The notes under the pieces: generated by a model
What the model was told of the DNA's origin: nothing
The model's input: the letters and a program-made list of their open reading frames with translations, nothing else
Databases searched by the model: none
Position numbers and translations under genes: made by a program
From: Pseudogymnoascus verrucosus
Lineage: Eukaryota
DNA length: 64,000 nucleotides
Assembly (NCBI GenBank): GCA_001662655.1
Contig: KV460227.1
Strand: one strand, 5' to 3'
Part shown: piece after piece, positions 61,404 to 64,000 of the stretch
How positions within the stretch are numbered: position 1 is the first letter of the stretch
Layout: each line of letters begins with the position of its first letter

Positions 61404-62228
61404 ATGAACGAAGACCTCGAAAATGAAATTGAGGCGATCAACTCCATATATGGTGATGATACGCTAGTGGCGGTGGACCAAGGCGTCTATGTCTTGAATC
61501 TGCCTAAGCAAGACACCTCGTTTAGGGTCCAATTCCCTGAAGATTACCCAGATGCGCCACTAACCATTTTGGGGACCCAGAAGTCGGGGGAGAATGCTAG
61601 AAAGGGACAAGCTGCCTACGTTCTCGATGTATTCCGAGATGCAGTGGGGAGATTGTTCCAGCCCGGCGAGGTTTGCCTTTACGATGTTATTGAGGACGTA
61701 ATATCATGTCTTGAGTCCGCCAATGAGGAGGAGCTTCATGAAGCGGTTGACGACCTTAGTCTCGGTGATACCCCTGAACCGCCAGTTGACGCCACCGGAG
61801 ATGAAGCGCCCCCTTGGACGGTATCAGATGTCGTGGTGGAGCTCAAATCTGTCTTTGTTGCACGATGCGCACCAGTCAGATCACCTGACCAAGCAAAGCA
61901 ATACCTCCAGCATCTACTTGATTCAGACAAAAAGGTTGCAAAGGCGACCCACAACATTACTGCACACCGAATCAAAGGAGATAATGGCGCCACGTACCAA
62001 GACTGCGACGACGATGGAGAAAGTGCTGCAGGAGGCCGGCTGCTCCATCTGATGCAACTCATGGACCTATGGAATGTCACCGTTGTCGTGACACGTTGGT
62101 ACGGGGGACAAAAACTCGGCCCGGCTAGATTTGGCATAATTAACACTGTTGCTCGAGATGCATTTGTGAAAGGCGGCTTCGTGCATGAACAGGAACCAAC
62201 GTCGGGCAAGAAGAGGGGAAAGCGATGA
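61404..62228 (+). CDS. YIH1: IMPACT/Yih1 (RWD plus Impact_N domain), Gcn2-pathway inhibitor
   Basis: EIEAINSIYG..FPEDYPD (RWD). KSVFVA, ATHNITAHR, DCDDDGESAAGGRLL, VVVTRWYGGQKLGPARF. Confidence 0.95.
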   Translation: MNEDLENEIEAINSIYGDDTLVAVDQGVYVLNLPKQDTSFRVQFPEDYPDAPLTILGTQKSGENARKGQAAYVLDVFRDAVGRLFQPGEVCLYDVIEDVISCLESANEEELHEAVDDLSLGDTPEPPVDATGDEAPPWTVSDVVVELKSVFVARCAPVRSPDQAKQYLQHLLDSDKKVAKATHNITAHRIKGDNGATYQDCDDDGESAAGGRLLHLMQLMDLWNVTVVVTRWYGGQKLGPARFGIINTVARDAFVKGGFVHEQEPTSGKKRGKR

Positions 62229-62954
62229 ATCGAGATGGGTTCAGGACGACTCCGACGCCTGTGACGCTGTGGTACTATGCGAACCAGACGTGCCTTGCAG
62301 GCTGGCTACGTGTCTGAATAACCAGGGCGAGGTGCATATAAGGTTTCAGATTGGCTGAGCGAGGCCACTCAACGGCTGTTTATCCTGTCCTGGTATACGG
62401 GTTTTACTAAGATGATGTTGGGTGACCTGGGAAACGGCCCGCCAGCCACGTTTTGTTCCAAGACAATGCAAGGCGTTCAGGAGGCTGCCGCACCATCAGG
62501 AAACTGTGTGAACGTGAGGTGATTACATGAGTACCGACCTGAAGTCTAGCCTGAAGCTCTGCTGAGATCGCGAGATGAGTGGGGGTAATTCTCCTCCTTC
62601 GAATACTACTACGTCACTCACAAGGACCAGTATAATTAGACAAATTTGCCACTCTAGGCAACTGGCATACAACGAAGGCTAAAATAAATAACCCAAGTAC
62701 ATATGCCTGTAGACTTTATCTATTCAGGTGAAATAATATATGCGCTTCCTTTGGTGAATCATGAAGGTGGGTGGATTGACTGCTAAGCGCCCGGAGCGAA
62801 GCTTGGTGGGGGCTATCCGCACACGGACCCTTGATCTCCCTTTAGCCACCCGCCACATCGTCTTAGGGATCCACCCAACCCTGGCTTCCCCAGATTCACC
62901 GCATCTCAACAAGAACCGCAAACACCCCAACTCTCTACGATTCAATGCTACGAC

Positions 62955-64000
62955 ATGCCTTCTTCCAACTCACCCCGTGATGACGGCGTGCCCGATTCCG
63001 CAAACTCTACCGAAAACCCGTTCGTCAGATTCAGAAACAACGTCGATAATCATGTCGGGTCAGTGCTCCAGGGCATCATCGGCTTACCCACGATCCTCTC
63101 GCGAGCTCCCAACAGCGACAACGGTCGCTGGGCTGGGTTAGAAGGCGACTCACAGCGAACCCAAGACGATTCGAGATGGCAGAACCCCCAGAGCAGTGCT
63201 GCTGAAAATACATCAGATGGGGAGGTTGAAATTCCCGTTAAGAAGTTTCAAGGGCGATCACCAGGAGGCGATGATGCATTTGGGCCATCACACCACGATG
63301 AGGACGACTACGACATCTTCTCTGCATTTGACGACTATATCATTGAACGCATTAAGCGTTCTACAAGAGGACACCCCTGGCTAGAGCTTCAGCCCGGCGA
63401 CAAATTCCGTTGGCGCTACGAATCATCCGATCATGGAGTACAAGAGGGCATGCAACAAAGATTGCATGCTTGCCTTATACAGGCGCGGACAACCCGTGGG
63501 GGCGTAGAACCATCGGAATTTCCGCACAAGTCAGTGGTGCCTTATTTGCTGTTCTCGTCTTACTCGCCGCTAAATATGACGGATATGCCGCCACTGCGAC
63601 CAAATGATGACCCTTGGGGTTGGGATAAGGACCAGTTTACTTATTGTGACGCCTTCGAGGACCTCTTACGAGAGAGCGCTGGCAAGCCAATGCGAGATAT
63701 ATCGGGTTCTCCGTTAGAAAGAATGATCGACTCAATCCACAAAATCAAACCCGACTGGCCAGGCCCACGATATGGATTATTTCCCGGCGCCGTTACAAGA
63801 ATGTCTCTCGCCGATATTGGCATGATGTGGATGGGATCTCTGGTGGATGAGAACATTTTGCAAGAGGATCCCATGCCTGAGCAAGTCCACTTCAACCCAT
63901 GGTTTGGGGAAATACGTACTATGACGCCTTCCCCGATAGCGGTGTTGCTTCGAACTTTCCAGTCACATATGCAACAGTACGGACTTTCCCAATCACATTT
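62955..64000 (+). CDS. Fungal hypothetical protein, 5' part (runs off the window, absent from the ORF track)
   Basis: Open frame from ATG 62955: MPSSNSP..ENPFVRFRNNVDNHVGSVLQGIIGLP..LLFSSYSPL..FTYCDAFEDLL. I saw no stop in the part I translated (to about 63670). Confidence 0.7.
   Translation, partial: MPSSNSPRDDGVPDSANSTENPFVRFRNNVDNHVGSVLQGIIGLPTILSRAPNSDNGRWAGLEGDSQRTQDDSRWQNPQSSAAENTSDGEVEIPVKKFQGRSPGGDDAFGPSHHDEDDYDIFSAFDDYIIERIKRSTRGHPWLELQPGDKFRWRYESSDHGVQEGMQQRLHACLIQARTTRGGVEPSEFPHKSVVPYLLFSSYSPLNMTDMPPLRPNDDPWGWDKDQFTYCDAFEDLLRESAGKPMRDISGSPLERMIDSIHKIKPDWPGPRYGLFPGAVTRMSLADIGMMWMGSLVDENILQEDPMPEQVHFNPWFGEIRTMTPSPIAVLLRTFQSHMQQYGLSQSH

Noticed and set aside
33758..62228. Cluster of translation and proteostasis regulators (eIF4E2, Ulp, F-box, YIH1)
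   Set aside because: Ordinary interspersed housekeeping genes with no shared motif seen.

Overview
Eukaryotic DNA from a filamentous ascomycete: short GT..AG introns with CTAAC/CTGAC branch points and Pezizomycotina-type gene families. A Leotiomycete such as Pseudogymnoascus is my impression only. Two housekeeping blocks flank an accessory island. Left block (1-16.6 kb): fatty-acid elongase, RPL4, an AT-hook/chromodomain/HDA2-3-like protein, COX6, a POT1-like double-OB protein and an intron-containing tRNA-Ala(CGC). Right block (30.5-64 kb): GPI-anchored Cys-rich protein, class II eIF4E, Ulp SUMO protease, F-box protein, a repetitive orphan, GGCT/AIG2-like protein, AA11 LPMO, DUF3433-like membrane protein, IMPACT/YIH1 and a partial hypothetical gene. 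The island (about 16.7-30.3 kb) starts just after the tRNA and looks like a decaying secondary-metabolite cluster. It holds a truncated NRPS first exon, an intact ABCB exporter, a 5'-truncated AsaB/CmcJ-like oxygenase and a 5'-truncated MFS with a stop codon. It also holds an intact BBE/AA7 oxidase and a 2-hydroxyacid dehydrogenase, with AT-rich and transposon-like scars between genes. I cannot demonstrate a wholly new system from sequence alone. The best candidates are the island and the neighbouring chromo-HDA2/3 and POT1-like genes. Exon boundaries were read by eye, and family calls rest on remembered motifs, not database searches.
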